Shown here one piece after another: positions 9,673-19,773 of a DNA stretch of 64,000 bases. The position numbers and the translations under genes were made by a program. The notes beneath the pieces were generated by a model, which saw only the letters and a list, made by a program, of their open reading frames with translations, had not been told where the DNA came from and searched no databases. The stretch is from a virus (Duplodnaviria; Caudoviricetes). The stretch is from the IMG/VR virus record IMGVR_UViG_3300021387_000688. One strand, written 5' to 3'. Within the stretch, counting starts at the first letter, position 1; every line of letters begins with the position of its first letter.

Positions 9673-10044
9673 TTATTTTCCCTCCGCGAGTTTCATAATC
9701 TCGTGAATGGCTTCCATCATGTCATCTGTTTCTACTCTGAAGTCACTTATATCGTAACTGTTCTTATCTGTTGCAGTTACAGTAAAGATATTTCTTTCAG
9801 GTCTAATAGAAAAAACAACACGAAAATTAATAGCTTCCAAATACTTAAAACAAACTGTAGTTTCCGAATAATAAGGAGAAGCATCTAATACGGTGCAAAA
9901 AGATATTCCAAAGTTTTTAGATTGATTCAAAAGAGTTTCTGTAAAGCCTTCAGCATATCTATAAAGCTCTATTGCGTTTTCCAAATCCTTAATGTGATTG
10001 TCAGTTGCCTTTTTATATTCTTCAAAAGACCATCTACTAATCAT
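9673..10044 (-). CDS. Hypothetical protein
   Basis: Operon-packed ORF, GGAGG RBS. Confidence 0.75.
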   Translation of the reverse strand: MISRWSFEEYKKATDNHIKDLENAIELYRYAEGFTETLLNQSKNFGISFCTVLDASPYYSETTVCFKYLEAINFRVVFSIRPERNIFTVTATDKNSYDISDFRVETDDMMEAIHEIMKLAEGK

Positions 10045-10603
10045 CTTTTACCTCCTCCCAATAGTCTCCTTTAATAGGGGGTTCATGTTCGAAACCGAAC
10101 TTCTTTTCTACTCGGGTTACTCCATCAGAATAAACCGTTTTTGTAGCTCCTCCAAAACAGGCTACAGTAAATCCATTCTCTCCCCAACCATCTGAAATCT
10201 GTCCATCCAACCAATCATGTAGCTTTTTTGGAGTATCGGAGTGATCTTTAAGAAAGTCTTTATCTACATAACAAATAACTAAAAGTTTGTTTTCTCTTGT
10301 AACTGAGTATTGGATTAAAGGTACTACGGTCTTATCAAAACCTATCCTGTCTGCGTCAAGATATTCTGCTAATCCAAAAATTCTACTTCTAAGACGATAA
10401 TGGAAATTATTTTCGTCCACACTTTCCATAAGCCAAAATGGTTCTTTTATTTCAGAAAGAAACTTTCCATCTTCTTCTGTACCTTCTAATTCTTCAGGTA
10501 CAGAAATTCTCAATTCGGACATGTAATAAAATAGGTCACATTTCCATGCAAGTTGATTAGTTCTTTCATCTAAAAGGTCTTTTATTTTTTCAACAAAATC
10601 CAT
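10037..10603 (-). CDS. Hypothetical protein
   Basis: Operon-packed; contains WLDGQISDGWGENG. Confidence 0.75.
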   Translation of the reverse strand: MDFVEKIKDLLDERTNQLAWKCDLFYYMSELRISVPEELEGTEEDGKFLSEIKEPFWLMESVDENNFHYRLRSRIFGLAEYLDADRIGFDKTVVPLIQYSVTRENKLLVICYVDKDFLKDHSDTPKKLHDWLDGQISDGWGENGFTVACFGGATKTVYSDGVTRVEKKFGFEHEPPIKGDYWEEVKDD

Positions 10604-10850
10604 TCATCTTCTCCCTTTCAATTAATTGCATTGCATATTCTTTTCTTGCTTTTTCAAAAGCGTCCATTGATTCTTTATTAGGAAAAATCATATCACAAGA
10701 GTCTGGAGTAAAATTCTTAAACCTTGCTCCAAACTTTCTCGCCAATTCTATTTCGCATTGGTGCCTAAACTTCATAAATTGTTCAGCTTCTTTCGTTTGT
10801 GCGAAAAAGTTTTTTATAGGATGACTATGGCCTTTATTCGTGTTTTCCAT
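10590..10850 (-). CDS. Hypothetical protein
   Basis: Operon-packed ORF. Confidence 0.7.
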   Translation of the reverse strand: MENTNKGHSHPIKNFFAQTKEAEQFMKFRHQCEIELARKFGARFKNFTPDSCDMIFPNKESMDAFEKARKEYAMQLIEREKMNGFC

Positions 10851-11100
10851 TGTTATAAAACATATCCCTGTTGTCGTTTAATACTTCAAAGTAAGTATGA
10901 CAACTCCAATCTTTTTTGTTCATACCCAACTTCTTCATAAGTCTTTTTATTCTACAATTTAATGCAGAATAAACCATTTGGAATTCAACCCCAAAGTAAG
11001 AAAGGCCTTTGGTATTGCAATAGTATGCAAGTTTTTCCCAATCGTCTTTGTTCTTGGTATCTCTATCCCATTGCAATTTCTGGGCTTCTACAAATCTCAT
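10834..11100 (-). CDS. Hypothetical protein
   Basis: Operon-packed ORF. Confidence 0.7.
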   Translation of the reverse strand: MRFVEAQKLQWDRDTKNKDDWEKLAYYCNTKGLSYFGVEFQMVYSALNCRIKRLMKKLGMNKKDWSCHTYFEVLNDNRDMFYNNGKHE

Positions 11101-11378
11101 AACCCCTTCCTTTTCTCTGCAAGTTTTTTCTTAGCAGCTTCTTCCATTTCAATTATGTTTGCTTCTTCTGCTTCGAAGGTAGTTAAATCCCCAATTACTT
11201 TACCACTATAAATATTAGAATCAAAATTGACACTACCATCTTCTTCTTTAAACCAACGCCCATACTTCCCGTCTTTCCAAGCCAAGAATTTATCTCCTTT
11301 GTACATATGCCAATGGTATAAAGTTCTTTTAACAGATTCTGGAGTATCTTTACTTACAATAGGAATTAAGTTTGTCAA
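11097..11378 (-). CDS. Hypothetical protein
   Basis: TTG start overlapping upstream stop. Confidence 0.7.
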   Translation of the reverse strand: MTNLIPIVSKDTPESVKRTLYHWHMYKGDKFLAWKDGKYGRWFKEEDGSVNFDSNIYSGKVIGDLTTFEAEEANIIEMEEAAKKKLAEKRKGL

Positions 11379-12322
11379 TCTCTTTCATCTCCTAAATGGC
11401 TAATCATTTCAACTTTCAATTTATCATAAACACTGGCCAATCCATGACGCTTAAGACTGTTTTCAAAGTTTACACAATACTTCCAAAGGGTTTCAGCTTC
11501 TTTAGCAGTTAAAGTTAATTCTATTTTTTCATCAGCTTTAACATTATTAATAAGGAAATTCAGCCACGTATTTATTTCAAAAAGTTTTCCGTTGATAAAA
11601 TCTAATGCTTCCCAACTATCATTGAAATAATTTTTAGCTTTCAATTTTATAAAAGAGATCAAATCATGGAAATCAAATTCATCATGTTTAATTCTTTCAG
11701 CGCATCTTTCTGTAGCAGTGTTATAAGAAATTTGGATTTCATCAATCAAATCTTTAAATGAAACATCTTCAGGTAATTTACCTATAAGATTAATTTCTGG
11801 TTTTGTGAAAAGAGTTGTATTGAAATTCTTAGAGCCGTCATTTGTAGAAAAAGTGAAAGAATAAACTCTTAATGACTTTTCATTTTCCTTAAATACAAAA
11901 CGATTTGCATAATAAGTTTCCATATAGTAGCGTTTGAAAGCTTCCATGTAGTTATGATACTTTTCCAACTCATCTACTATATTTGAGGTAAAAGGACGGA
12001 ATTTTATATCGGAAACTTTAGTTGCATAATCAAGGATATCTTCGATTAAATCTTTTGTACCGTCGTTTACAAAAGTCTTTTCAAGGGAACCGGAATTGTA
12101 CATTTCCTGTTCTCCAATATGATCGCTTTCCCAGGTAATGCAGGCCTTAACAGACTTAACAACGTATTTTGCAAATTCAGAAGTTTTGCTCATTTCAGTA
12201 GATGTCAATTCTCTTTCGAATTCGTCTTCGCATTTCATATTGGGGTACATATTAACTTGAAGTTGGTTTCCAGGTTCACCCTGATGTATGTTTAATTTCA
12301 ACGATAATGGCATCTTATTCAT
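11375..12322 (-). CDS. Hypothetical protein
   Basis: Start moved to MNKMPL after AAGGAG. Confidence 0.75.
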   Translation of the reverse strand: MNKMPLSLKLNIHQGEPGNQLQVNMYPNMKCEDEFERELTSTEMSKTSEFAKYVVKSVKACITWESDHIGEQEMYNSGSLEKTFVNDGTKDLIEDILDYATKVSDIKFRPFTSNIVDELEKYHNYMEAFKRYYMETYYANRFVFKENEKSLRVYSFTFSTNDGSKNFNTTLFTKPEINLIGKLPEDVSFKDLIDEIQISYNTATERCAERIKHDEFDFHDLISFIKLKAKNYFNDSWEALDFINGKLFEINTWLNFLINNVKADEKIELTLTAKEAETLWKYCVNFENSLKRHGLASVYDKLKVEMISHLGDERD

Positions 12323-12914
12323 CTTTAAACTCCTTATCTTCAATATAGATAAAACTGCTACATATTACTTCAATAATCATTTTTACCAAACGTAATTTAT
12401 ATTCATTCAATCCCAAATCCGAATTGATGAGATCTCTGAGTTCTTGTCTGCGGGCATCGATGTAACCTAAAAAGTTTTTATCATCGATCCAATCATATGC
12501 AGTATCCATAATATCTGTAAGGGCGTCCTCTGCATTAATTGAAATATTATCAATGGCACGATAGGTACTATCAATACCGATAAGTTTTCTTAAGGCATAA
12601 TAGTCATTTGACATTTCTTTGAAACAAAGTGAAAGCCCTTCAATCCAAAGTTTAATGATAGTGGCGTTTTTAAGTTTTTTATTTGTTATAGATTTATCGT
12701 TTTCAAGATTCCAAGCCTCATCGTAAAACTTTGAAATCTTTTCAATCTTTTCTTTATTTTTCACATACTCGTGAACCCCTTTAATAGTATCGTGCCAAAG
12801 GTAAATACCTCTACCCATTAACCAAACAAAAGCAGATGCACATGGACCGGCAATCTTGTTTTCGAGTTCACCTCTTTTGAGATTAACTATTTGATCTTTT
12901 GTAAGTTCACTCAT
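12315..12914 (-). CDS. Hypothetical protein
   Basis: Operon-packed ORF. Confidence 0.75.
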   Translation of the reverse strand: MSELTKDQIVNLKRGELENKIAGPCASAFVWLMGRGIYLWHDTIKGVHEYVKNKEKIEKISKFYDEAWNLENDKSITNKKLKNATIIKLWIEGLSLCFKEMSNDYYALRKLIGIDSTYRAIDNISINAEDALTDIMDTAYDWIDDKNFLGYIDARRQELRDLINSDLGLNEYKLRLVKMIIEVICSSFIYIEDKEFKDE

Positions 12915-12922
12915 ATTTTCCT

Positions 12923-13270
12923 CTACAAATAAGATTTAATTGTTTCCAAAACTTCTTCTGTAGTAGTTTCAGAATTTACCCATTCTATAATCTTTCTTTT
13001 ATTTGACAAATAACTTGAAACTTCAATTGAAGTAATAGAAGGTTCTACTAAAACCCTACGAAGATTCTTGTGCCAGATTTCAATGGCTGAATAAATGTTA
13101 CCTGGAATATCCTGTAAACAAATTTCATATCCTTCCAATTCTTTGCATTCGCTGATTGCTTTGTAAAGATTCTTAGTAAGGATAAGAAGTTTTTTACGAT
13201 CTTCCATTACTTTAATTTCTTTATCCAAAACTTCGTTTACAGATTTAATTGTATTCATCGTTTTCTCCAA
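12923..13270 (-). CDS. Hypothetical protein
   Basis: Operon-packed ORF; start may be MNTIK at 13258. Confidence 0.7.
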   Translation of the reverse strand: MEKTMNTIKSVNEVLDKEIKVMEDRKKLLILTKNLYKAISECKELEGYEICLQDIPGNIYSAIEIWHKNLRRVLVEPSITSIEVSSYLSNKRKIIEWVNSETTTEEVLETIKSYL

Positions 13271-13542
13271 ACAGAATGACCTGTCAAATATTTAATGATA
13301 AAAATTATCAAAGCGATTGGTACCAAAATACAAAGGCAAAGAAGGAAAGAACAACAAATTGGTACGCTGATAATTGTGTTAAATACTACCCAAAACCAAT
13401 TATGTATTGAGTGGTCCAGCCAATTGAAACACCAGATATCTGGATGATTCCAACCTACAGTATTGATAATAATTGCAAATACAATTGATGCAACTTCAAA
13501 TGGCCAAATACTTACACTGGCACTTACCTTTTCTGAACTCAT
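13255..13542 (-). CDS. Small membrane protein
   Basis: Hydrophobic segments, GGAG RBS. Confidence 0.7.
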   Translation of the reverse strand: MSSEKVSASVSIWPFEVASIVFAIIINTVGWNHPDIWCFNWLDHSIHNWFWVVFNTIISVPICCSFLLCLCILVPIALIIFIIKYLTGHSVWRKR

Positions 13543-13552
13543 CCTTTATCTC

Positions 13553-14104
13553 CTATTTTGACAAATAATCTTTAAAGAATGCATTGGCTTCTTTAACCCA
13601 AGTAGATCTTGCACGATCTCTTCCGCTTCTTTTTGGGCCCATCCAATTCTTAAAGTCTTCCAAAGCTTTCAATGGAAGTTTACTGTTACCAAACATTTCA
13701 TCGAAAGACATTATTTCTTCGCCTTTAGAAGCAAGAATTTCTTCTTTTCTTGCAATGAGTTCGTTGGCTTCTTTTCTCAACGCTTTGTAACGTTTAACCA
13801 ATTCATCGCGCTTACATTTCTTTGCAGCATATCTTTCAAAATGAGCTGTAACTGTAAGCCAGTTTTTTGTATTTACTGCATTGTCAAAATTCTTTTTATA
13901 TTCTTTCAATTCTTCTTCTGCACGAGGAAGCTGGTACAATTTGTAATTAGAAAGCTGGCTGGAAATGCTCATCAACCTTTTTCTAAGATACATCAAGGTT
14001 TTGGTTGAATTGTCCTTTTCATATTTATCGCACTGAGCTTCATCAAAAAACCTTGTACCGTCTTCTGCCTGATAGAATGTTATAGTCTCTACTTTCTTTT
14101 GCAT
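13553..14104 (-). CDS. Coiled-coil hypothetical protein
   Basis: N-terminal YQAEDGTRF..E.QC..YE motif typical of phage proteins. Confidence 0.75.
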   Translation of the reverse strand: MQKKVETITFYQAEDGTRFFDEAQCDKYEKDNSTKTLMYLRKRLMSISSQLSNYKLYQLPRAEEELKEYKKNFDNAVNTKNWLTVTAHFERYAAKKCKRDELVKRYKALRKEANELIARKEEILASKGEEIMSFDEMFGNSKLPLKALEDFKNWMGPKRSGRDRARSTWVKEANAFFKDYLSK

Positions 14105-14332
14105 TTATTCATCCTCCTCTTCTTCGTCTCCAAATATTTCGTCCCAGCATTCCGGACAAAAACCTGTTATGAACATTTCTCTATGTTCTGGTCTCATGTC
14201 CGGAAATACTTCCTGAATAGGTCTTGGATCTGTACGTGCATTCCAAAACTGCGCATTTACATAAGATTCCTCGCTACAAGGAATCTTAACGATTCTTTGA
14301 CATCTTGTACATTGTGCATTAATGTTAGGCAT
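14105..14332 (-). CDS. Small zinc-binding protein
   Basis: CTRC...REMFITGFCPECW. Confidence 0.75.
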   Translation of the reverse strand: MPNINAQCTRCQRIVKIPCSEESYVNAQFWNARTDPRPIQEVFPDMRPEHREMFITGFCPECWDEIFGDEEEEDE

Positions 14333-15895
14333 TTACATCTCCTCTTTAGACAGCTCTACATTTTTAACCATTCTGTACAGCTGAATTTTATCAGTAACTC
14401 CCTGATCAATCTGAATACCGAAAGCTACGTCCAGCATCTTTCTAAAGATTGGACCTGGCTTTCTACCGAATTTAATTAAATCATCTCCTGTCAGAATTGG
14501 TTTAGGAACTTCCATTTCCATAGCTTTAATTACTCGAGGATCTTGCATAATTTCCGCTACACAACCCCTTTCATCAAAACCTGCCATTTTGATTCCACCC
14601 CTTTCATCTGCTAATGCAACTAACATTATTTCCTTAAACTTTGGATGCTTAACAAACTTCAGGATGTCATGGAAACGGTTATGGCTAGCCAATTCGTGCG
14701 CCGACATGTGATGCGCAACCATACTACAAATAAAATGAGTTTCTTCGTTACTCATTCCTAATGCTTTACAGAATTGTTCTGCAGGTTCAATTCCTCTTTC
14801 CGGATGCTCGTTTACAACTGGAACTTCTTCTGCAAATTCTCTTCCATCAAAAGTAAAAGATTTCATTCTTGTACCCTGATGCTGGCAGTGAGCCTTTCCA
14901 ATATCGTGCAGAATTGCTCCCAGAACTAACAGGAACCTTTCTTCTTCATCTTCGAAGTTGACATTGATTGAATCAATTCCTTTTCCTTCAAAAATGATAC
15001 CATGCATTGCTTTCCATGTCAGTAAAGTATGGGCTAAAACTGTACCGTGATCAACTGGAGTGTAACCTCTAAAGTCTTTCTGCTCCCAAATCCATTCTTC
15101 TTTACCTTCTGGGTTTAAGAAAATAGAACCTTCAGCATGCCATCTCCAAGCTTGCTCAATTGTATCCATTTCATCGAAGATCTGCTGTAATCCAATATCT
15201 TCCCAAACCTTTAAATCAACGCCAGCCTGGAATGCAATTGAATCGTGAGTAAAGAATTTACCTGCAAAAATCTGTTTCAGTTCTTTCAGTTTTCTTTCTT
15301 TTGAAACTCCACCGAAGTCAATTCCAGAAGACATTTCAACCATTTCTGGAGAAGTGTATGGATTTGAAAAACCTTTCTGAGCTAAGAATCTTACAAATCT
15401 AAAAGCTCTTAAAGGATCTTCAGATAATCTTTCTTTCGGGTCTCCAACAAATCTTAATACCTTAGCCTTTACATCTGCAATACCCTGACCGGTTGGATCA
15501 ATAATATCTCCTTTTGAATCTTCGTACATTGCATTGATTGTAAAGTCTCTACGTTCAGCATCTTCTTTAATAGAAGCGTTTAATGAAATTGTTGGATGTC
15601 TTCCTTTTGAAGTATCCTTTCTAAAAGTTGCAATCTCAATTTCTTCTAACTTTCCATTAATATCAATTAATGGCATTGTAACTCCAAACTGTTCAGAGTT
15701 GTTAGAAACATTTGAGAATTTAGAAAAGATTGTATGTAAGTCAGATGGCTGCGCATCTGTAGTGATGTCGAAGTCGTGAGGTTCTTTACCTAACATTCTA
15801 TCACGTACACATCCTCCTACAAAGTAAGCTTTGAAGCCTGCTTTTTCGATAGGTGAGAATACTTTGCTTATTAACTGTTCCTTGATATCTGTCAT
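14333..15895 (-). CDS. cca: CCA-adding tRNA nucleotidyltransferase with HD domain
   Basis: VGGCVRD, DFDITT, EIATFR, EDAERRDFTINA, EDPLRAFR, SKER; HD motif LHDIGK; leaderless start at MTDIKE. Confidence 0.92.
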   Translation of the reverse strand: MTDIKEQLISKVFSPIEKAGFKAYFVGGCVRDRMLGKEPHDFDITTDAQPSDLHTIFSKFSNVSNNSEQFGVTMPLIDINGKLEEIEIATFRKDTSKGRHPTISLNASIKEDAERRDFTINAMYEDSKGDIIDPTGQGIADVKAKVLRFVGDPKERLSEDPLRAFRFVRFLAQKGFSNPYTSPEMVEMSSGIDFGGVSKERKLKELKQIFAGKFFTHDSIAFQAGVDLKVWEDIGLQQIFDEMDTIEQAWRWHAEGSIFLNPEGKEEWIWEQKDFRGYTPVDHGTVLAHTLLTWKAMHGIIFEGKGIDSINVNFEDEEERFLLVLGAILHDIGKAHCQHQGTRMKSFTFDGREFAEEVPVVNEHPERGIEPAEQFCKALGMSNEETHFICSMVAHHMSAHELASHNRFHDILKFVKHPKFKEIMLVALADERGGIKMAGFDERGCVAEIMQDPRVIKAMEMEVPKPILTGDDLIKFGRKPGPIFRKMLDVAFGIQIDQGVTDKIQLYRMVKNVELSKEEM

Positions 15896-15901
15896 GTTAA
15901 T

Positions 15902-15936
15902 AATATAGCAATTACCCGATTCCGAAAGTTCCAAAA
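15902..15936 (-). promoter_or_regulatory. Early-type promoter, leaderless
   Basis: TTTTGGAAC-N20-TATATT-N6-ATG. Confidence 0.75.
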
Positions 15937-15968
15937 AGTTAACTAGGTAAAGAAAAAAGTATCTTTTT

Positions 15969-15976
15969 ACTATTTA
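15969..15976 (+). promoter_or_regulatory. Late-type promoter
   Basis: ACTATTTA-ATTT-ATG. Confidence 0.55.
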
Positions 15977-15980
15977 ATTT

Positions 15981-16859
15981 ATGAGAATAAAAGAAGCTTA
16001 CATGGAAAATACCTACGGGTATCATTTAAGTCCTTATAGATTTTCTGAACCTAAAATCAATTATAAAGCAGGTTTCGGAACTAGTTTTTACGGGGCTGGT
16101 TTTTATATAACTTTAGATAAAGATGTACTTGAGGTAATAAAAGGCGAAGCTCAAGATATATTTGCAGAGTATTTTATTTATACAATTCAAGTAGATGAAA
16201 ATGCAAATATAGTTGATGAAGGTGAAGAGGATGGTTTACAGTTGTATGCAGATCTTGTAGACCAATTCGATGGAGACGAAGTTAAAGCATCTGCAGAAAT
16301 GGTGAAAAGAGGTATCGACGGGCTCCTTTATTACAGTGAAGAAGATGGACATTCAATTGTATTCTACAATCCAAAAATGGCAAAAATAGTTCACACAGAA
16401 TATCACGAAGGTTGGGGCGAAAGAAGTGAATTGAATGAAGGTAAGCTTAAGAAAACAATTATTGCCACTATGTTGGCTTTAGGATTAGCTACTAGTGCCC
16501 ATGCCGCCGCCAAGAATTTATACGGTATGTCAGAAAAAGAATTTACAACTCATGTAAACAGTGTATATAAGGCTATAGAAAATACTGCGGGTACAGATTC
16601 CGATATAGATGTATGGAGTTTTAAAAGTAAAAAATATTACGTAATGAGTAAAGACGCAGTTGAAAAATATTTGAAATCTATGCAAAAAAAGTTTGAATGT
16701 AACAGGTATTCAGCTGAAGCTATACTAATAACCACAGCTATATGTTATGATTTTGATTTTGAAAACGACGCGATAAATGCATTTGAAAATAAAGAGCTTG
16801 TAAAGCAAAAATTAAAAGCTAATAAAGAGGCCGGTATACAAAAAACAGGCTGTTGGTAA
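15981..16859 (+). CDS. Putative virion polyprotein: ART-like domain plus internal signal-peptide module
   Basis: MRIKE leader; GYHLS...FYGAGFYIT...RGIDGL...IVFYNP; then LNE-GKLKKTIIATMLALGLATSAHAA. Confidence 0.6.
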   Translation: MRIKEAYMENTYGYHLSPYRFSEPKINYKAGFGTSFYGAGFYITLDKDVLEVIKGEAQDIFAEYFIYTIQVDENANIVDEGEEDGLQLYADLVDQFDGDEVKASAEMVKRGIDGLLYYSEEDGHSIVFYNPKMAKIVHTEYHEGWGERSELNEGKLKKTIIATMLALGLATSAHAAAKNLYGMSEKEFTTHVNSVYKAIENTAGTDSDIDVWSFKSKKYYVMSKDAVEKYLKSMQKKFECNRYSAEAILITTAICYDFDFENDAINAFENKELVKQKLKANKEAGIQKTGCW

Positions 16860-16864
16860 TAATT

Positions 16865-16895
16865 AAAAGGTACTTCAAAAAGAAGTACCTTTTTT
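16865..16895. terminator. Bidirectional terminator
   Basis: AAAAGGTACTTC-AAAAA-GAAGTACCTTTT between convergent genes. Confidence 0.9.
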
Positions 16896-16901
16896 ATTTC
16901 C

Positions 16902-18686
16902 TTACAACTTTGCAATCAATCTATCAATATCTTTTTTAAGTTCTTCTATAGAATAAGAACTCCATCCTCCGCGCCTATCTTTTTCATTGTAAAGGTAGAG
17001 TTGAGCTTGTGTATCAGTAGAGGAAATATAAGCTACTACATATCTTCCTGGAACCTCTGAATCTTCAAATCTCATTTCAGTGTCTCCATCTTTATCTGGA
17101 CCTTCTTTTACTTTTTTGAAATTGATTGATTTCATTTCCTTTTCTATAAGGTCTTTAGCTACAGGAATGAAAGCTTTTGCTTTTTGTCTTCTTTCATATC
17201 CCCATGGATCTTCCAACTGTTCAAGAGGTTCTCCTAAATAGTTTTCAGCATCGTCTGGCAAGTTATCATTAAACAAATTTGAATTATAAGCAGAAGCTCT
17301 ACCTGCTTTTCCGAAAGAATGCATGTTAGATCTCAAGGCATCCTTTACAGCATCCCCTTTCCATGCAATCTTATAATGGGTATCGTACCCCCAACCAGAA
17401 CCATATCCTTTCTTTCTACCAACCTGGTCTACAAGATTGAAAGTGATTACATCTTCTTCATCATACTTTCCTTTCATAGCCATTTGATATTTCTTTGGAG
17501 AAATAATAGAATCGAAATTCCAAGAACCCCAAATGGAATCATCTACACGATATTCTTTAGAAACTAAAACTGCTTTGGCTTTACGTCTCTTTTCATCAAT
17601 TTCAATAATTACATAGTATTCAGGATTTTCATTAGAATCCTTTCTACCGATAGAAACGATGTCCCCTACTTCCAAACCTTTGAATTTGTTGTAACCTGCA
17701 GTATTACCATATACTAAATGGTCCCCGTCAACCTGAACTGTATACTCTTCATACTCGCGACCATCTTCAGTAGAATCTTCAGAAATTGTAAACTCTTCTG
17801 GAAATGAAACACCTGCACATGTTAAAGCATCCCAAACAATTTCATAGTTTTCAAATCTTTTAGAAGCTCTATCGTAATCAGATCCTTTGAAAATTTTATC
17901 ATTGAAAGAAATAGAATCTTCTACATCATATTCATCATATTCCGGTCCTTCTTTATGATAAGTACCTAAGAAAAATTCCCCCTTAAGTCTCCTACCATCA
18001 ATTTCGATTCCGGTTTTAATAATATTGTCAAACCATTTTTTAATTATACGGGATTCATAAATACGGCCATGTACTACAATTGTATAATCACCGTCTTTAA
18101 TATCAGCCCAAGTTCCTTTGTAAACTTTATCTGCATTTTTATTAAAGAATTTTTTAAGGTCTTTGATTCTTTCACTTGGACCTGAATATCCAGTCATTCC
18201 TCTATACAGCTGAGTATCCCAGAAACGATTTGGATTCTTTGTTACATTGTCATAAATATCAAATTGTCCAGGAGAAGTAAGAATTGCCCACTTAATAGTT
18301 TTTCTTGGGCGTTCATCCATATCATCCAATTCCTGATCTGTATACTTGTATTCTTCAACATCTGGATCATTTACAACTGGTTGCCAAGATTTATAAGTAC
18401 GCATATCAGTTCTTCCGTATTCTTCAGGGAAAGTATAATACTCAACTCCTGAACCATCAATGATTGGAAGATTTAATTCTTTTGACATTTCGTGAGCATA
18501 TTCCAAGGCATCTTCTACAATTGTATGGCCCTCAGTTGGCTTATAATACCCATATGTATATTCTTGGGTATCTACTCTTTTATCGTTTTGCCAAACTTCA
18601 ACTTTAACTGAATCTGCGTTTAGGTGGGAGAAAGGTATTAACCAAATACCATCTTTATGGACAAAGTGTTCCTGTAATTTTCTCAT
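16902..18686 (-). CDS. Putative capsid-packaged internal protein
   Basis: MRKLQE leader; ACTAATTT at 18705-18712. Confidence 0.6.
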   Translation of the reverse strand: MRKLQEHFVHKDGIWLIPFSHLNADSVKVEVWQNDKRVDTQEYTYGYYKPTEGHTIVEDALEYAHEMSKELNLPIIDGSGVEYYTFPEEYGRTDMRTYKSWQPVVNDPDVEEYKYTDQELDDMDERPRKTIKWAILTSPGQFDIYDNVTKNPNRFWDTQLYRGMTGYSGPSERIKDLKKFFNKNADKVYKGTWADIKDGDYTIVVHGRIYESRIIKKWFDNIIKTGIEIDGRRLKGEFFLGTYHKEGPEYDEYDVEDSISFNDKIFKGSDYDRASKRFENYEIVWDALTCAGVSFPEEFTISEDSTEDGREYEEYTVQVDGDHLVYGNTAGYNKFKGLEVGDIVSIGRKDSNENPEYYVIIEIDEKRRKAKAVLVSKEYRVDDSIWGSWNFDSIISPKKYQMAMKGKYDEEDVITFNLVDQVGRKKGYGSGWGYDTHYKIAWKGDAVKDALRSNMHSFGKAGRASAYNSNLFNDNLPDDAENYLGEPLEQLEDPWGYERRQKAKAFIPVAKDLIEKEMKSINFKKVKEGPDKDGDTEMRFEDSEVPGRYVVAYISSTDTQAQLYLYNEKDRRGGWSSYSIEELKKDIDRLIAKL

Positions 18687-18707
18687 CTTTTTTCCTCTTA
18701 AAATAAA

Positions 18708-18971
18708 TTAGTTAATCCATTCAGGACAAGTTAAAATTCCTTGATTGTACAATTCTACCCACTTCTGTTTTTGCCTTTTAATCTCTTCTTTCCTTTCTAA
18801 CTTCTCTTGTTTCTTTTCTAACTTTCTTTGTTTCTTTTCTGCCAAGTACTTAGAATAAGGATGATTTGGAGCTTCTTTAGGCAATACAATATTGTAAAGA
18901 TACCGATTGTAAATAATTGTTAACACAATATTACTAAGAATGATAGATCCTATTAAAATCAACTTTTCCAT
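18708..18971 (-). CDS. Membrane-anchored basic protein
   Basis: Start moved to MEKLIL; one TM then K/E coil. Confidence 0.7.
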   Translation of the reverse strand: MEKLILIGSIILSNIVLTIIYNRYLYNIVLPKEAPNHPYSKYLAEKKQRKLEKKQEKLERKEEIKRQKQKWVELYNQGILTCPEWIN

Positions 18972-19189
18972 TTTTTCCTTATATTCATTATCCAAAGAGC
19001 CCTTCCTACAAGGAAGCATTCTAACAGCATAAGTATTATTAAAGTATAGGCAGCCCAATCTGGAACAGGCCCCCCATTTTTAGACCCCAAGAGAATACAA
19101 AATGCAACCCAAAAATGGGTTACAAAAATGTAAGGTAAAGTAATCTTGTTTAAGAAAAGATTTATTCTTCTGGATGTTTTCTTGCTCAT
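18959..19189 (-). CDS. Small membrane protein
   Basis: Two TM helices. Confidence 0.7.
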   Translation of the reverse strand: MSKKTSRRINLFLNKITLPYIFVTHFWVAFCILLGSKNGGPVPDWAAYTLIILMLLECFLVGRALWIMNIRKKWKS

Positions 19190-19200
19190 TTGGTGCCGCC

Positions 19201-19761
19201 CTAGTTATGAATTAAATCCCTAAGCTGATGTTTTATAGCATCAAGAGTTTTCTGAGTACCCAATTCATCGTGAACATCTTTAGAACCCTTAGGGTACAAG
19301 AGATTGAAAATTTCCCAATACTTATCATTTTCAGATTTTTCAGTCATCTTATCGTAAAGATCAAAAAGCATTGTTTTGTACTTTTCTACTTCATATTTTG
19401 CGCCGATGCATTCAGACTTAAGCTTTTCAATTTTTCGATTCTTGCGGTGTATGATTTCAATCAAACCTGCGGCCATGTCTTGAAAAGAAGTATAATCTGC
19501 AACTTTTATTTCGTATCCATTTACATTCCAAACAAAAACATAATGCTTGGTTTCTATGTCTTTGTGCTTATCCCATTCAAGAGGATGCATACTGTTAAGG
19601 GCAGCTGTAAGTTCGATAGCTTCCTGTTTGTGTCTTGTTTTGAAAACCGGAACCCATTCTGTTGCGCAACCAAACGTTTCGTTAGTAACGATTTTATATT
19701 CCTTTCCCTGATAGGACCTGTAAACCTCGTAACCTAAATCTTTATTTCCAAACCAACTCAT
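19201..19761 (-). CDS. Hypothetical protein
   Basis: GGAGG RBS. Confidence 0.8.
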   Translation of the reverse strand: MSWFGNKDLGYEVYRSYQGKEYKIVTNETFGCATEWVPVFKTRHKQEAIELTAALNSMHPLEWDKHKDIETKHYVFVWNVNGYEIKVADYTSFQDMAAGLIEIIHRKNRKIEKLKSECIGAKYEVEKYKTMLFDLYDKMTEKSENDKYWEIFNLLYPKGSKDVHDELGTQKTLDAIKHQLRDLIHN

Positions 19762-19773
19762 ATTTATACCTCC

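Noticed and set aside
9673-13270. Possible paralogy of 9673..10044 with 12923..13270, and of 42460..43128 with 43749..44249
   Set aside because: Similarity by eye is too weak to assert without alignment statistics.
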